A stretch of 64,000 nt of DNA from Candidatus Eiseniibacteriota bacterium (GTDB lineage: Bacteria > Eisenbacteria > RBG-16-71-46): the NCBI GenBank assembly GCA_963717935.1, contig CAVQXP010000004.1:576001-640000 (forward strand), read 5' to 3'. This document shows positions 1 through 9,792 of this stretch, piece after piece; the stretch's first letter is position 1; the number at the start of each line of letters is the position of its first letter. Position numbers and translations under genes: made by a program. The notes under the pieces are model-generated. The model did not search any database. It saw only the letters and a program-made list of their open reading frames with translations, and had not been told where the DNA came from.

Positions 1-102
1 CTCGGGCGGCGACCACGGCGCCTTCCCCACGAGTTGCAGGAAGAAGAGCAGCACGACGAGGCCGAGCACGACCGCCCCCAGGGCGGCGAGGCGGAGGATC
101 AC
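1..102 (-). CDS. N-terminus of a membrane-anchored or exported hypothetical protein (runs off the window edge)
   Basis: GTG at 102 overlaps the DUF58 stop (GTGA); reads MILRLAALGAVVLGLVVLLFLQLVGKAPWSPPE, a hydrophobic helix. Confidence 0.6.
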   Translation of the reverse strand, partial: MILRLAALGAVVLGLVVLLFFLQLVGKAPWSPPE

Positions 103-1067
103 AGGAGCCTCGCGCGCTTCTCGAGATACGCGAGCAGCGCCTGGTCGAACGGGGTGCGCGTGTCGATCTGGACGTAGTCGATGCGGTTCTCGCGGCATTG
201 CCGCCGGTACTGCGCGGTCCAGGCGGCGAGCCGCTCGCGGTAGCGGCGCGCGATCTCCCAGGGCTCGGTGGTGAGCCGCTCGCCGCTCTCCAGGTCCACG
301 AACGTCGTGCTGTCGGTGTAGGGGAACTCGAGCTCGTCGGGGTCGAGGATGTGGAACACCACCACCTCGTGGTGGTCGTGGCGGAAGTGCTGGAGCCCCG
401 CCAGCACCTCTCCCGGGCGGTCCATGAGGTCCGAGCAGAGCACGACCAGGCCGCGGCGCTTGATGCGCTCGGCGAGTTCGTGCAGCGCGGGGCCGAGCCG
501 CGTGCGGCCCTGCGGCTCGAGTGCCCCGAGCGTCTTCAGCACCACGTCGAGATGCGAGCGCACGGCGCGCGCCGGCACGTAGCGCAGCGGCCGCTCGGCG
601 AACAGCAGCAGGCCCACGGCGTCCTGCTGATGGAGCATGAGCCAGGCGAGCGAGGCGGCCAGGCACTGCGCGTACTCGAGCTTGGTCATGGCGGCGCGCG
701 ACGACTTGAACCCCATCGAGCCCGAGAGGTCCACGAGCAGGTGACAGCGCAGGTTGGTCTCCTCGTTGTACTGCTTGACGAGGAAGCGGTCGGTGCGCGC
801 CCAGACCTTCCAGTCGAGGCTCTTGAGCGGGTCGCCCGGCATGTAGGGCCGGTGTTCGGCGAACTCGACGCTGAAGCCGTGGAAGGGCGAGCGGTGCATG
901 CCGGCGATGAAGCCCTCGACCACCAGCCGCGCGCGCACGTCGAGGTGGGAAAGCCGCGCGACCACGGCGGGGTCAAGCAGGTCGCGTCCGGGGCCGCCGG
1001 GGCGCGAGCCGGCGAGCCCGAGGTCGGGCCGCGCGCCGGAGCCGGAGCGGGGGAAGGAGGCGCTCAT
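99..1067 (-). CDS. DUF58 domain protein (MoxR-associated, vWA-like)
   Basis: C-terminal 322 aa of ORF 99..3509: G-HRSPFHG-SVEFAEHRPY-PGD, DWKVWART and LVDLSGSM motifs; ATG overlaps the permease stop (ATGA). Confidence 0.92.
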   Translation of the reverse strand: MSASFPRSGSGARPDLGLAGSRPGGPGRDLLDPAVVARLSHLDVRARLVVEGFIAGMHRSPFHGFSVEFAEHRPYMPGDPLKSLDWKVWARTDRFLVKQYNEETNLRCHLLVDLSGSMGFKSSRAAMTKLEYAQCLAASLAWLMLHQQDAVGLLLFAERPLRYVPARAVRSHLDVVLKTLGALEPQGRTRLGPALHELAERIKRRGLVVLCSDLMDRPGEVLAGLQHFRHDHHEVVVFHILDPDELEFPYTDSTTFVDLESGERLTTEPWEIARRYRERLAAWTAQYRRQCRENRIDYVQIDTRTPFDQALLAYLEKRARLL

Positions 1068-2437
1068 GCGCTCCTCCTCCCGCGCCAGAGGAAGTACACG
1101 GGGAAGCCGAGCGCGGCGATGATCACGCCGCCGGCGGCGCGCCAGCCGCTGGCCGAGAGGTCGCTCGCGATGATGGCCACCGTGACGAGGATGAAGAGGA
1201 TGGGCGTGAGCGGGTAGAGCGGCGTGCGGTACGCGGAGAGCCGGCGGCCGGACTCGCGCTCGCGGCGGCGCTGCACGAAGAGCGCCGCGGTCGTCACGCC
1301 GTAGAAGAGCCACATCGTGGTCACGAACCAGCCCGAGACGTCCTCGAACGAGCTGGCGATCCACAGCCAGAGGCAGGAGAGCGCCGCCTGCACCCACAGC
1401 GCGCGGTCGGGCGCGGAGCGCCGGGGATCCACGTGAGCGAGCGGCTTCCAGAGCAGGCCGTCGGCGGCCATGGCGAGCGTGACGCGCGGCCCGGTGAGGA
1501 TGGCCCCGTTCACGGTGCCGAAGGTCGAGACGGCGACCAGCACCGCCAGCGCGCGGCTGCCCCAGGGCCCGAGGATGCGGCGCATCGTCTCGGCGCCCAC
1601 CACCGGGTAGGCGGCCACCTCGCCCGGCGTGAGCACGCGGAAGTAGGCCAGGTTCGTCACCACGTAGATCGTGATGACCAGCACCGTGCCCCAGAGGATG
1701 GCGACCGGCAGGTTCCGCCGGGGCTCCACGATCTCGCCGCCCACGTAGGTGGCGTCGGTCCAGCCGTCGTAGGCGAAGAGCACCGGGATCATCGCCAGCA
1801 CCATGGCGAGCAGCAGCGGCCGCGCGGCGTGCGTGGCGGCGACCGGAGCGGGGTACCCGCCGAAGGTGGGTCCCGGGGCGCCGGAATGCGGGAGCGCGAA
1901 CGCCGCCACGCACAGCGCCGCGATGCCGAGCACCTTGAGCGTGGTGAAGAGCGAGGCCGTGCCCGCGCCCTGCCGCACGCCCAGCGCGTTGATGCCGGTC
2001 AGCAGCAGGATGGCAGTACAGCCCACCGGCAGCAGCGCGCCGCGCGGCAGGCCCACGGCATCGCAGAAGTACTCGGCGAACACGAAGGTGATGGCGGCGA
2101 TGAGCGTGGGCTTGATGACCCAGAGGTTCGCCCAGCCGAAGGTGAAGGCCCAGGCGTCGCCGAAGCCCTCGCGGATGAAGACGTAGAGCCCCCCGGTCTT
2201 CGGGTGCGCGACCGCCAGCTCCACGAGCGCGAGCGAGCCGCAGAGCGAAAGCGCGCCGCCGACGATCCAGACGGCGATCATCGCCGGCGCCTGGTCGAGG
2301 AACTGCGCGACCGAGTTCGGCGATTTGAAGATGCCCGAGCCGACGATGTTGCCGACCGTGATGGCCGTGGCGGCGTAGAGACCGATCTGCCGCTTGAGAT
2401 CCACTTCCGGGCGGGGCGCGGGCGGGGCGAGAGCCAT
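1064..2437 (-). CDS. APC-family amino acid permease
   Basis: GNIVGSGIF, PKTGGLY and FAYDGW motifs; about 12 hydrophobic segments. Confidence 0.93.
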   Translation of the reverse strand: MALAPPAPRPEVDLKRQIGLYAATAITVGNIVGSGIFKSPNSVAQFLDQAPAMIAVWIVGGALSLCGSLALVELAVAHPKTGGLYVFIREGFGDAWAFTFGWANLWVIKPTLIAAITFVFAEYFCDAVGLPRGALLPVGCTAILLLTGINALGVRQGAGTASLFTTLKVLGIAALCVAAFALPHSGAPGPTFGGYPAPVAATHAARPLLLAMVLAMIPVLFAYDGWTDATYVGGEIVEPRRNLPVAILWGTVLVITIYVVTNLAYFRVLTPGEVAAYPVVGAETMRRILGPWGSRALAVLVAVSTFGTVNGAILTGPRVTLAMAADGLLWKPLAHVDPRRSAPDRALWVQAALSCLWLWIASSFEDVSGWFVTTMWLFYGVTTAALFVQRRRERESGRRLSAYRTPLYPLTPILFILVTVAIIASDLSASGWRAAGGVIIAALGFPVYFLWRGRRSA

Positions 2438-2443
2438 GCGCGA

Positions 2444-3463
2444 CTACTCGGTCGGCACCGTCTTGAGCAGTTCCTGGATGATGCGCTCGGGCCTCACGCC
2501 CTCGGCTTCGGCGGTGAAGTTGGTGACGATGCGGTGGCGCAGCACGGCGGGCGCGACGGCCTGCACGTCCTCGATGCCCGGGGCGAAGCGGCCGTGCAGC
2601 ACGGCGCGCGTCTTGGCGCCGAGTACCAGGTATTGCGAGGCGCGTGGGCCCGCGCCCCACGAGACCCACTGGCGCACGAACTCCGGCGCCCCCGCGCCGC
2701 CCTCGGCCGAGGCCCCGCCGCGCGTCGCGCGCGCGAGCCGCACGGCGTAGCGCACCACGTGCTCGCCCGCCGGCACGCGGCGGATGAGCTGCTGCAGCTC
2801 GAGGATGTCCGCACCCGACAGCACGCGCTCGAGCTTCGCCTCGTAGGCCGAGGTCGTGGTGGCGACGATGCGCTCCTCCTCGTCCCGGCCCGGGTAGTCC
2901 ACCAGCACGTTGAACATGAAGCGGTCGAGCTGCGCCTCGGGAAGCGGGTAGGTGCCCTCGAGCTCGATGGGGTTCTGGGTCGCCAGCACGAAGAACGGCA
3001 GCGCCAGCGGGAAGGTCTGCCCGCTGGTGGTGACCTCCTTCTCCTGCATGGCCTGCAGGAGCGCCGCCTGGGTCTTCGGGGGCGTGCGGTTGATCTCGTC
3101 CGCCAGCACGATGTTCGCGAACACCGGCCCGTGGATGAAGCGGAACGAGCGCCGCCCGGTCGCGTGGTCCTCCTCGATGATGTCGGTGCCGGTGATGTCG
3201 CTCGGCATGAGGTCGGGCGTGAACTGGATGCGACTGAACCGGAGATCGAGCACCCGCGCCAGGCTCGAGATGAGCAGGGTCTTGGCGAGCCCCGGCACGC
3301 CCACCAGCAGCACGTGGCCGTTGGCGAACAGGGCGATGAGCAACTGCTCCACCACCTGGTCCTGCCCGACGATGATCTTGTGCAGCTCGGCGAGGATCTT
3401 CTCCCGCGCCGCCTTCAGGCGTTCGACGGCCTGCAGATCGGAACCGGCGGCTTCGGGGCTCAC
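2444..3463 (-). CDS. moxR: MoxR-family AAA+ ATPase
   Basis: GVPGLAKT Walker A, [50 protein letters not shown]; GTG start at 3463 preceded by GAGG. Confidence 0.95.
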   Translation of the reverse strand: [339 protein letters not shown]

Positions 3464-3654
3464 GCGTACCTCGGGGGGGCGGGAAGACGGCAGGGCGCGG
3501 GGTACCCACCGAAGGCGGGTCCGGCGCGCCCGGAACTCGAACGGAGGCGAAAGCCTAGCACGCGCCGTGAACGAGCGGCAATCGCTGGACGAAGGCTTGA
3601 CGAGGGCGCGGGCGAAGCGGGGACCACGGCGCGCGGCCGGCGGCCGCGCGCGCC

Positions 3655-6165
3655 CTATTCGATCCGCACCAGCTTGGTCAGCCGCGTCGCGCTCCCGGCG
3701 CGCGCGAAGTAGAGACCGGGGGCGACCGGGCGGCCGGAGTCGTCGCGGCCGTCCCAGGCGAAGGCGCCGCCGCCGTCCAGCACGGCCGCGCGCCGCCGGC
3801 GGCCCGAGAGGTCGAAGATGGTGACGCGGGTCCCCGCCGGTCCCGAGATGCGGATCGCTCCGCGGAACGGATTGGGGGCGGCGAGCAACGGCGTCCCCGG
3901 ACCGCCGTTGCAGGTCGTGGCGCGGATCTGGACGGCCGCGTCCGCCCAGGCCTGGTCGCGCTGCGTGCCGTGCTCGTCGCAGGCGGTCACGCGCAGCGCG
4001 CCGTCGCCCGGCCATGCCCCGCACGGGACGACCACGCCCGCCGCTCCCGCTTCCGCCGCCACGCGCGCGAGCGTCAGCGGCGCCCGCCCGCCCTGCACCA
4101 GGGCGACCTCGACCGCCGTGACCTCGTCGGGATCGCTCGCCTCCCAGCGCACGGTGAGGGTGTCACCCGGGGCCAGCGTGTCGCCCGCCGCGGGGGCGAG
4201 CAGCACCACCGTGGGCGGGCGGTCCACGGGACCCAGCACGGTGAAGCCGAAGCGCATCTGCGTGGGCGGCAGCGGCACGTACTCGTCCTCGGCGCAGTCG
4301 GGGCAGTCGGCGGTGGTGATGCGGTAGAGGTGGCCGCGCAGGGTGAACGAGCGCGCCGTGCCGGGCAGGGACGTGCCGGGCGGGCTCCACTCCACCACCT
4401 CGGCCCAGGGCACGAAGTACGGCAGGCGCCAGCCGCCCCGCACGGTCGTGGTGCCGCCCACGCGCGGCCACACGCGCACCGGTCCGAGGAACGAGTCGGG
4501 CAGCGCCAGGTTCGCGGTGACCTCGAGGAGCTCCGCCGGGTGCCGTCCGCTCCAGTGGCCGAGCGTGCCGAAGCCGCCCTCGTCGACCTGCAGCGTGTCG
4601 GAGCCGAGCGCGCGGAACGACTGGCCGGCGACCTCGTCGTGCCAGATGCCGATGGCCGGCCCGACGGCATCCAGCGCGGCCGCGGCGTCGAGCCGGCCCC
4701 ATCCGGTCATCGCATCCACGCCCGGGTCGCCGATGTCGTGGGCGCTCTCTCGCAGCACGTGCTTGAAGTCCGCGTCGATGAGCTCGGGCCGCGCGGCGGC
4801 GAGCAGGCCCACCGCGCCGGTCACGAATGGGGCGGCGAACGAGGTCCCGGCCACGGAGACGTAGCCGGGATAGGAAGTCCCGATGGCGTTCGGGTAGGTC
4901 ATGTACGTGGTCCAGATGTCCACGCCCGGGGCCATGAGGTCCATGTCCGGGCCGTAGGACGACCAGCTCGCGCGCTGGTCGAAGCGGTCGGTGGCGCCCA
5001 CCTGGATGCCCAGCCCGTCCGCCGCGTAGGCAGCCGGGTACTGCGCGCTGAGATCGCCGAGGTAGCCGCTGTTGCCGGCGGCCGCCACGACGACGCAGCC
5101 GCGGGCGATGGCCCAGTGCATCGCCAGGCGCTCGAGCCGGCTGGGGCTGCCGCCCGCGTAGGACAGGTTCATGGCGCGCGCCCCCACCGCGGTGGCGTAG
5201 AGCATGGCTGCGGAGATGGCGTACGAGGTCGCGTACCCGCTGTGGCCGGGCGAGACCTTGATGGGCACGAGACGGCAGCCGAAGTTGCCACGCCCGTCGC
5301 CGCCGCACACCCCCGCCATCCCGAGCGAGTCGAAGTGCGGCCCGTCGTTGGTGCGTGCCGCCATCACCCCCGCGACCCCCGTGCCGTGGTAGAACGAATC
5401 GGCGATGGCGTCCGCGGGCTCCAGGCCCGTGATGTTCACCGCGTGGACGATCCGCGGCGAGCCATCGGGCAGCGTGGCCGCGAGATCGGGGTGTGCGGGG
5501 TCGATCCCCGTGTCGGCCACGGCGAGCAGGACGTCGTTCGACCCGGAACAGCGCGCCCAGGCCTCGAGTGCGCGGATGTCGGCGCCGGCCACGCCGCCCC
5601 AGGGCGAGGCGGGCCCCAGATTGCGCAGGCCCCACTGGCGCCCGTCGAGCAGCAGCGGGTCGTCTGGCAGGGGGGGGTCGAACTGGAGCGCCGCGAACCC
5701 GCGCACCTGGTTGGGCTCGGCCCACTCCACGCCGGGGTCGGCGAGCAACGCCTCGAGCGCGGCGGCGGTGGTGGCCGAGTCGGGCACCGCGAGCAGCCAG
5801 ATGCGCGCCGGGTCGAGGGCGAAGGGGCCGGTCTCGAGGTCCGGCGTCTGGGCGCGGAGTGCGGCGCCGGTGCCGGGCGACAGCGGGACGGTGAGCGGAA
5901 GCCGGTCGGCGAGCGACTCGCGGAAACGAAGACCGAGGGTCTCGAGCCGTGCGGCGAGTCCCGCCCGGGCTTCATGGGCGGTGGTGCCCGGGCGTGGGGG
6001 CGCGAGCGCCACCACCAACTCGTACACGGGCTCGGCCCGGGCGACGGGTGCGACCACGACCAGGAGGATCGAGAGGACGGCCCCGAGGAGCGAAACGCGA
6101 AGGACGGACATGGGATCCAGTGCGGGAGGCGGGACGGCGGGGGCCCGCGGGACGGCGGGACTCAT
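3655..6165 (-). CDS. Exported S8 (subtilisin-like) serine peptidase with C-terminal FlgD/T9SS-like domain
   Basis: Catalytic triad VADTGID / HGTGVAG / GTSFAAP and oxyanion AAAGN; signal peptide (alternative start 6111, MSVLRVSLLG); C-terminus PNPF...IFDLSGRR...WDGRD...PGLYF. Confidence 0.92.
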   Translation of the reverse strand: MSPAVPRAPAVPPPALDPMSVLRVSLLGAVLSILLVVVAPVARAEPVYELVVALAPPRPGTTAHEARAGLAARLETLGLRFRESLADRLPLTVPLSPGTGAALRAQTPDLETGPFALDPARIWLLAVPDSATTAAALEALLADPGVEWAEPNQVRGFAALQFDPPLPDDPLLLDGRQWGLRNLGPASPWGGVAGADIRALEAWARCSGSNDVLLAVADTGIDPAHPDLAATLPDGSPRIVHAVNITGLEPADAIADSFYHGTGVAGVMAARTNDGPHFDSLGMAGVCGGDGRGNFGCRLVPIKVSPGHSGYATSYAISAAMLYATAVGARAMNLSYAGGSPSRLERLAMHWAIARGCVVVAAAGNSGYLGDLSAQYPAAYAADGLGIQVGATDRFDQRASWSSYGPDMDLMAPGVDIWTTYMTYPNAIGTSYPGYVSVAGTSFAAPFVTGAVGLLAAARPELIDADFKHVLRESAHDIGDPGVDAMTGWGRLDAAAALDAVGPAIGIWHDEVAGQSFRALGSDTLQVDEGGFGTLGHWSGRHPAELLEVTANLALPDSFLGPVRVWPRVGGTTTVRGGWRLPYFVPWAEVVEWSPPGTSLPGTARSFTLRGHLYRITTADCPDCAEDEYVPLPPTQMRFGFTVLGPVDRPPTVVLLAPAAGDTLAPGDTLTVRWEASDPDEVTAVEVALVQGGRAPLTLARVAAEAGAAGVVVPCGAWPGDGALRVTACDEHGTQRDQAWADAAVQIRATTCNGGPGTPLLAAPNPFRGAIRISGPAGTRVTIFDLSGRRRRAAVLDGGGAFAWDGRDDSGRPVAPGLYFARAGSATRLTKLVRIE

Positions 6166-6211
6166 CGCAAGCGACGTGCCCGGATCGGACGAACGGCCGC
6201 GGCGCCCGTTC

Positions 6212-7117
6212 CTATCGCCCTCCGTGCAACGGGAATTCGGTGCGTGCCGCGCGAGAAAGGCGCAGCTCGTCGATGCCCCCGTCGAGCGCGTACCAGGGCG
6301 CCGTGTCGGCCGTGGGCCCCTGACGCAGGTCGCCGCCGAAGTTGGTGAGGAAGCGCGCGTCGAAGAAATTGCCCACCAGCAGCGGGGCCTGGCTCACGCG
6401 GATGCGCCCCGAGGTCGCGAAGGTGCCGTCGGGCTGGCCGTCCAGGAAGAAGCGCACGACCTGGCCGTCGAACGTGACGGCCACGTGGGTCCAGCGCTGC
6501 AGCTCGATCTTGCTCAGGGAGTAGAACACGCGGGGCGAGCCCGCGTCCTCGGGCTGGAAGACGAACAGGAGCCGGCCAGCCTCGACGCTCCGCACGAACT
6601 CCTGGTGCCACAGGGGGCCGGTGCCGGCGCCGAACTCGGCGGGCCGGAGGGCGGCGGGCAGGTTGGAGCCGACGACGGAGAACATCCAGCTGTGCTCCGC
6701 GGTCGTCGGCGACCACCGGGTGGCGATGGGGGAATCCTCGTACGGCGAATAGGCATTCGGGGCGATCCACGCCTCGACGGTGAGCGCCGACTGCGAATCG
6801 AGCAGCGAGCTGTAGGGCACATGGAGGAACGAGTTGGCCGAGAGCGTGAACAGCCGCGCGCCCCGGAAGCGGCCGAAGATGGTACGGGTGTCCGGGCCGG
6901 CGGTGGCGTCGAGCCGTGACGGACCGGCGTCGGCCGCGTAGAGGCTGCCGGTCTCGTCCATCCGCCACAGCGCCACCGTGACGGAATCCACGGGGGTGCC
7001 GGGCAGGTCGGCCGTGAGGTCGGGCGGTTTCGCGTTCTTCGCGCACGCGGCGAGCGCGAGCAGGCCGAGGGCGGCCGCGAGCACGCGGCCGGCGGAGCCG
7101 CGGCGGGTCCGGCTCAC
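6212..7117 (-). CDS. LamG/concanavalin-like jelly-roll lipoprotein
   Basis: Lipobox LAAC; LTVEAWI, WTHVAVTFDG, FFLDG and GGIDELRL LamG-3-like motifs. Confidence 0.85.
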   Translation of the reverse strand: MSRTRRGSAGRVLAAALGLLALAACAKNAKPPDLTADLPGTPVDSVTVALWRMDETGSLYAADAGPSRLDATAGPDTRTIFGRFRGARLFTLSANSFLHVPYSSLLDSQSALTVEAWIAPNAYSPYEDSPIATRWSPTTAEHSWMFSVVGSNLPAALRPAEFGAGTGPLWHQEFVRSVEAGRLLFVFQPEDAGSPRVFYSLSKIELQRWTHVAVTFDGQVVRFFLDGQPDGTFATSGRIRVSQAPLLVGNFFDARFLTNFGGDLRQGPTADTAPWYALDGGIDELRLSRAARTEFPLHGGR

Positions 7118-9249
7118 CTCCCGGCCTCCGTCTGCGCGAGGGTCGCGCGCGCCCGAGCTTCGGCTTCGCGGTCGCCGAGCGCCTGATACAACTCGATCAT
7201 GCGTCGCAGCGTATCAGAGTCGCGGGTCAGCGCCACCACCGGGCGCCACAGCGCCGCGGCCTCCTGCGGGCGCCCCGCGAAGAGCACCGCCCAGCCGCGC
7301 CCGATCCGGGCGTCCGCGTTCGAGGGAGCGAGTGCCTCGGCGCGCTCGAAGGCCGCCTGGCCGGCCGCGAAGTCGCCCAGCCGCAGGCAGACCTTGCCGA
7401 TCGCGAGCTGCAGCGCCGCGTCGCGGGGCAGGCGCAGGGCCGCGCGCTCGTAGTTGGCACGCGCCTCGGCCGGCCGCCCGCGCGCCAGCTCGACGCTCCC
7501 CAGCGAGCGCAGGGCCAGCGGCTCCGAGGGGTCCACGGCCAGCTGTCCGCGCGCCGAGTGCAGGGCGGTCAGCGTGTCGTTCGCGGCCCACGCCGGCGCC
7601 TGGCCGAACCCGGGGCCGATCTCGTAGAGCACCGCGGGGTGCGGGGTGGTGACGCGGCGGCGCGTGAGGCCCGGGACCACGGCCGTCGAGTCGAGCAGGT
7701 ACCAGAACTCCGGGCGGGTCTGGCCCTCGGGCCAGGAGAAGTAGAGCCAGCGCGCGCCCCGGGCCCGTGCGTAGTCCGCCAGCTCGGGCAGCGTGCCGAC
7801 GAACGGGAAGGGCACGGGCTCGACCCCGGAGTGGAAGGCGACGTGGGCCTTGCGCGCGATGACCCGGTCGCCCGGGCGCGCGAGCGAGCGCAGCGTGCGC
7901 GCGGCGTCGAGCACCTCCACGGGCAACTGGTCTAGCACCCGGGCCTGCGATCGCACCGTGGTGGCGAGGGCGAGAGCCAGCGGCAGCAGGGCGAGCGCGG
8001 GCTTGAGCCAGGCGCGGGGCCCGCGCAGGAGCACGAGCGCGAAGCGCGGCGAGGCGAAGAACAGCGCGGCGGCAGCGGCGTAGTACGGCAGCAGGGCGAG
8101 CGAGTAGCGCTCGGAATAGAAGGCCGGGACGAGCGCGAGGAAGAGCAGCGCCCAGGCCGGCGCGAGCGGCCAGAGGCGCCGAAGCGTCCCGTCCGCCAGT
8201 CCGAGCCCGAGGCCGAGCGCGGCGCACGCCGCGGCCGGCCAGCCGAACAGGCGCGCGGCGTCCTGGCGCAGGTGGTCGTAGACGTTGAAGAGCATGCGCC
8301 CCGCGACCGCGCCGGGGTCGCGGGCGATCACGTCGGCCAGGCCGTGGAACTGCGGCTGCATCGTGCGCTGGTAGGTGTCCCAGGGGATGCCCTTCGCGCG
8401 CGCGAACACCTCGTAGGCGATGTTGTGGTGGAGCTGGAACGTCACGCCGGTCCCGCGCGCAAACGAGTAGATCACCCATGGAACGAGCGGCAGGAGGAAC
8501 CCGCCGGCGAACAGCAGGGCCGCGCGCCCGCGCTTCTCCTGCAGCGCCCCCCCTGCGGCGATGACGACGAGCCCGGCCGGCAGGAGCACGCCGGCGTTGT
8601 AGCGCGTGAGGAAGGCGAGCGCGGCCAGCACGCCGGCCCCGGCGGCGGCGCGAAGGCCGGGGCGGGCCAGCAGCAGGTAGAGCGTCGCGGCCTGCAGGGC
8701 GAGAGCGAACGCATCGGTCGTGACCGAATAGCCGTAGCGGAAGAACGTGGCATTCGTGGCCATGAAGAGCGCCGCGCCCAGGGCGGCACGCGCATCGGCG
8801 CGCCGGCGGAGCAGCGCGGACCACAGGAGCAGCGTGAGCGAACTCGAGGCCACCGAGAGGAGACCCGCTGCCAGGAAGAGGTTCCGCACGACGAGTCCGG
8901 CCAGCGCCAGTGCCAGTTCGTAGCCCGGACCGACCACGCCGTAGCGCGCCGGCTCGAGGTGGCCGTGCTGGATCAGGCGCGCGCCCTGGGCGTACTGACC
9001 GTAGAAGTCGGTCTCGGTCATGTAGTCGCCGACGCGGTGGGGCCCCAGCGCCATGACGAGGAGGGCCGCGCCCAGCAGCGCGACGACGAGCAGGCTCAGC
9101 CGCCACAGCACGCGGTCCAGCCCGGGCGCGAGCCCCGGCGCGGCGTGGAGCGCGACCGCGCCCGGACGCGTCCGGGGCCCGCGCCCGGCGGTCTCCTCGG
9201 CGGATGGCCGGTGGGGGCGGGGTCGTCGGCTGGAGGGTGCGGCGGACAT
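7114..9249 (-). CDS. GT-C fold (ArnT/PMT-like) membrane glycosyltransferase with C-terminal TPRs
   Basis: Acidic ETD after TM1, many TM helices, FLTRYN and ERY motifs, C-terminal TPR-like A-rich helices; start could be GTG 9276. Confidence 0.75.
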   Translation of the reverse strand: MSAAPSSRRPRPHRPSAEETAGRGPRTRPGAVALHAAPGLAPGLDRVLWRLSLLVVALLGAALLVMALGPHRVGDYMTETDFYGQYAQGARLIQHGHLEPARYGVVGPGYELALALAGLVVRNLFLAAGLLSVASSSLTLLLWSALLRRRADARAALGAALFMATNATFFRYGYSVTTDAFALALQAATLYLLLARPGLRAAAGAGVLAALAFLTRYNAGVLLPAGLVVIAAGGALQEKRGRAALLFAGGFLLPLVPWVIYSFARGTGVTFQLHHNIAYEVFARAKGIPWDTYQRTMQPQFHGLADVIARDPGAVAGRMLFNVYDHLRQDAARLFGWPAAACAALGLGLGLADGTLRRLWPLAPAWALLFLALVPAFYSERYSLALLPYYAAAAALFFASPRFALVLLRGPRAWLKPALALLPLALALATTVRSQARVLDQLPVEVLDAARTLRSLARPGDRVIARKAHVAFHSGVEPVPFPFVGTLPELADYARARGARWLYFSWPEGQTRPEFWYLLDSTAVVPGLTRRRVTTPHPAVLYEIGPGFGQAPAWAANDTLTALHSARGQLAVDPSEPLALRSLGSVELARGRPAEARANYERAALRLPRDAALQLAIGKVCLRLGDFAAGQAAFERAEALAPSNADARIGRGWAVLFAGRPQEAAALWRPVVALTRDSDTLRRMIELYQALGDREAEARARATLAQTEAGR

Positions 9250-9331
9250 GGTGGTGGAGTCTAGCCGGGCGCGCACGCCCGCGCGAGCGCGCGCCTCGAG
9301 GCCGGGCGCATGGCGGAGGGGCGGGAAAAGC

Positions 9332-9362
9332 GGAAGGCGGCAGCTTGTGGCTGCCGCCTTCC
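9332..9362 (-). terminator. Intrinsic terminator after the PEP-CTERM gene
   Basis: Perfect 13-bp stem ggaaggcggcagc/gctgccgccttcc followed on the minus strand by gctttt. Confidence 0.75.
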
Positions 9363-9405
9363 CTCCGGGCGGGGATCGAGGCGTCCGGGGCGGGGGGCTC
9401 CTATC

Positions 9406-9723
9406 TCAGTGGCGCCGACGGCGCACGGCGGCGCCCAGCGCGATCAGTCCCATCGAAGCCAGCACCATCGTCCCGGGCTCGGGCACCGGGTTGGTCGGGC
9501 CGCCCGCGGGCCCGCCGCCCGGGTGCGGACGATTCGCGCCGCGCCCTGGGCTGAAGTTCACGGTTCCAGGGACGGGGGTCGCGCCCGCGATGGACCCTGG
9601 CATGACGGTCGGGTCCTCGATGGCCTTGGGGTGTGGCTGCGGGAGGTGACTGGGCTGTACGTAGGCCAACGCCGTGCTTGCCGCGAACGTCAGGGCCGCA
9701 AGTACCAGCGTAATATGCTTCAT
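9406..9723 (-). CDS. Small PEP-CTERM sorting domain protein (105 aa)
   Basis: AAGGAGG RBS, signal peptide MKHITLVLAALTFAASTALA, C-terminal VPEPGTMVLASMGLIALGAAVRRRRH. Confidence 0.93.
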   Translation of the reverse strand: MKHITLVLAALTFAASTALAYVQPSHLPQPHPKAIEDPTVMPGSIAGATPVPGTVNFSPGRGANRPHPGGGPAGGPTNPVPEPGTMVLASMGLIALGAAVRRRRH

Positions 9724-9777
9724 GGGGCTGCCTCCTTGCTGCAGGGCCAGAAAGAACGACTCACTACCCAGGTGAAC

Positions 9778-9792
9778 GCAAGCTCCATACCG
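9778..9792 (-). promoter_or_regulatory. Sigma54-type -24/-12 promoter of the PEP-CTERM gene
   Basis: Minus strand CGGTAT-GGAGC-TTGC gives GG-N10-GC spacing about 55 nt upstream of the ATG. Confidence 0.65.

Noticed and set aside
1068..3509. N-terminal 800 aa of the 1136-aa ORF 99..3509 as a giant DUF58 fusion
   Set aside because: Arg/Pro/Gly-rich off-frame read-through across the real permease and moxR genes; only 99..1067 is protein-like.
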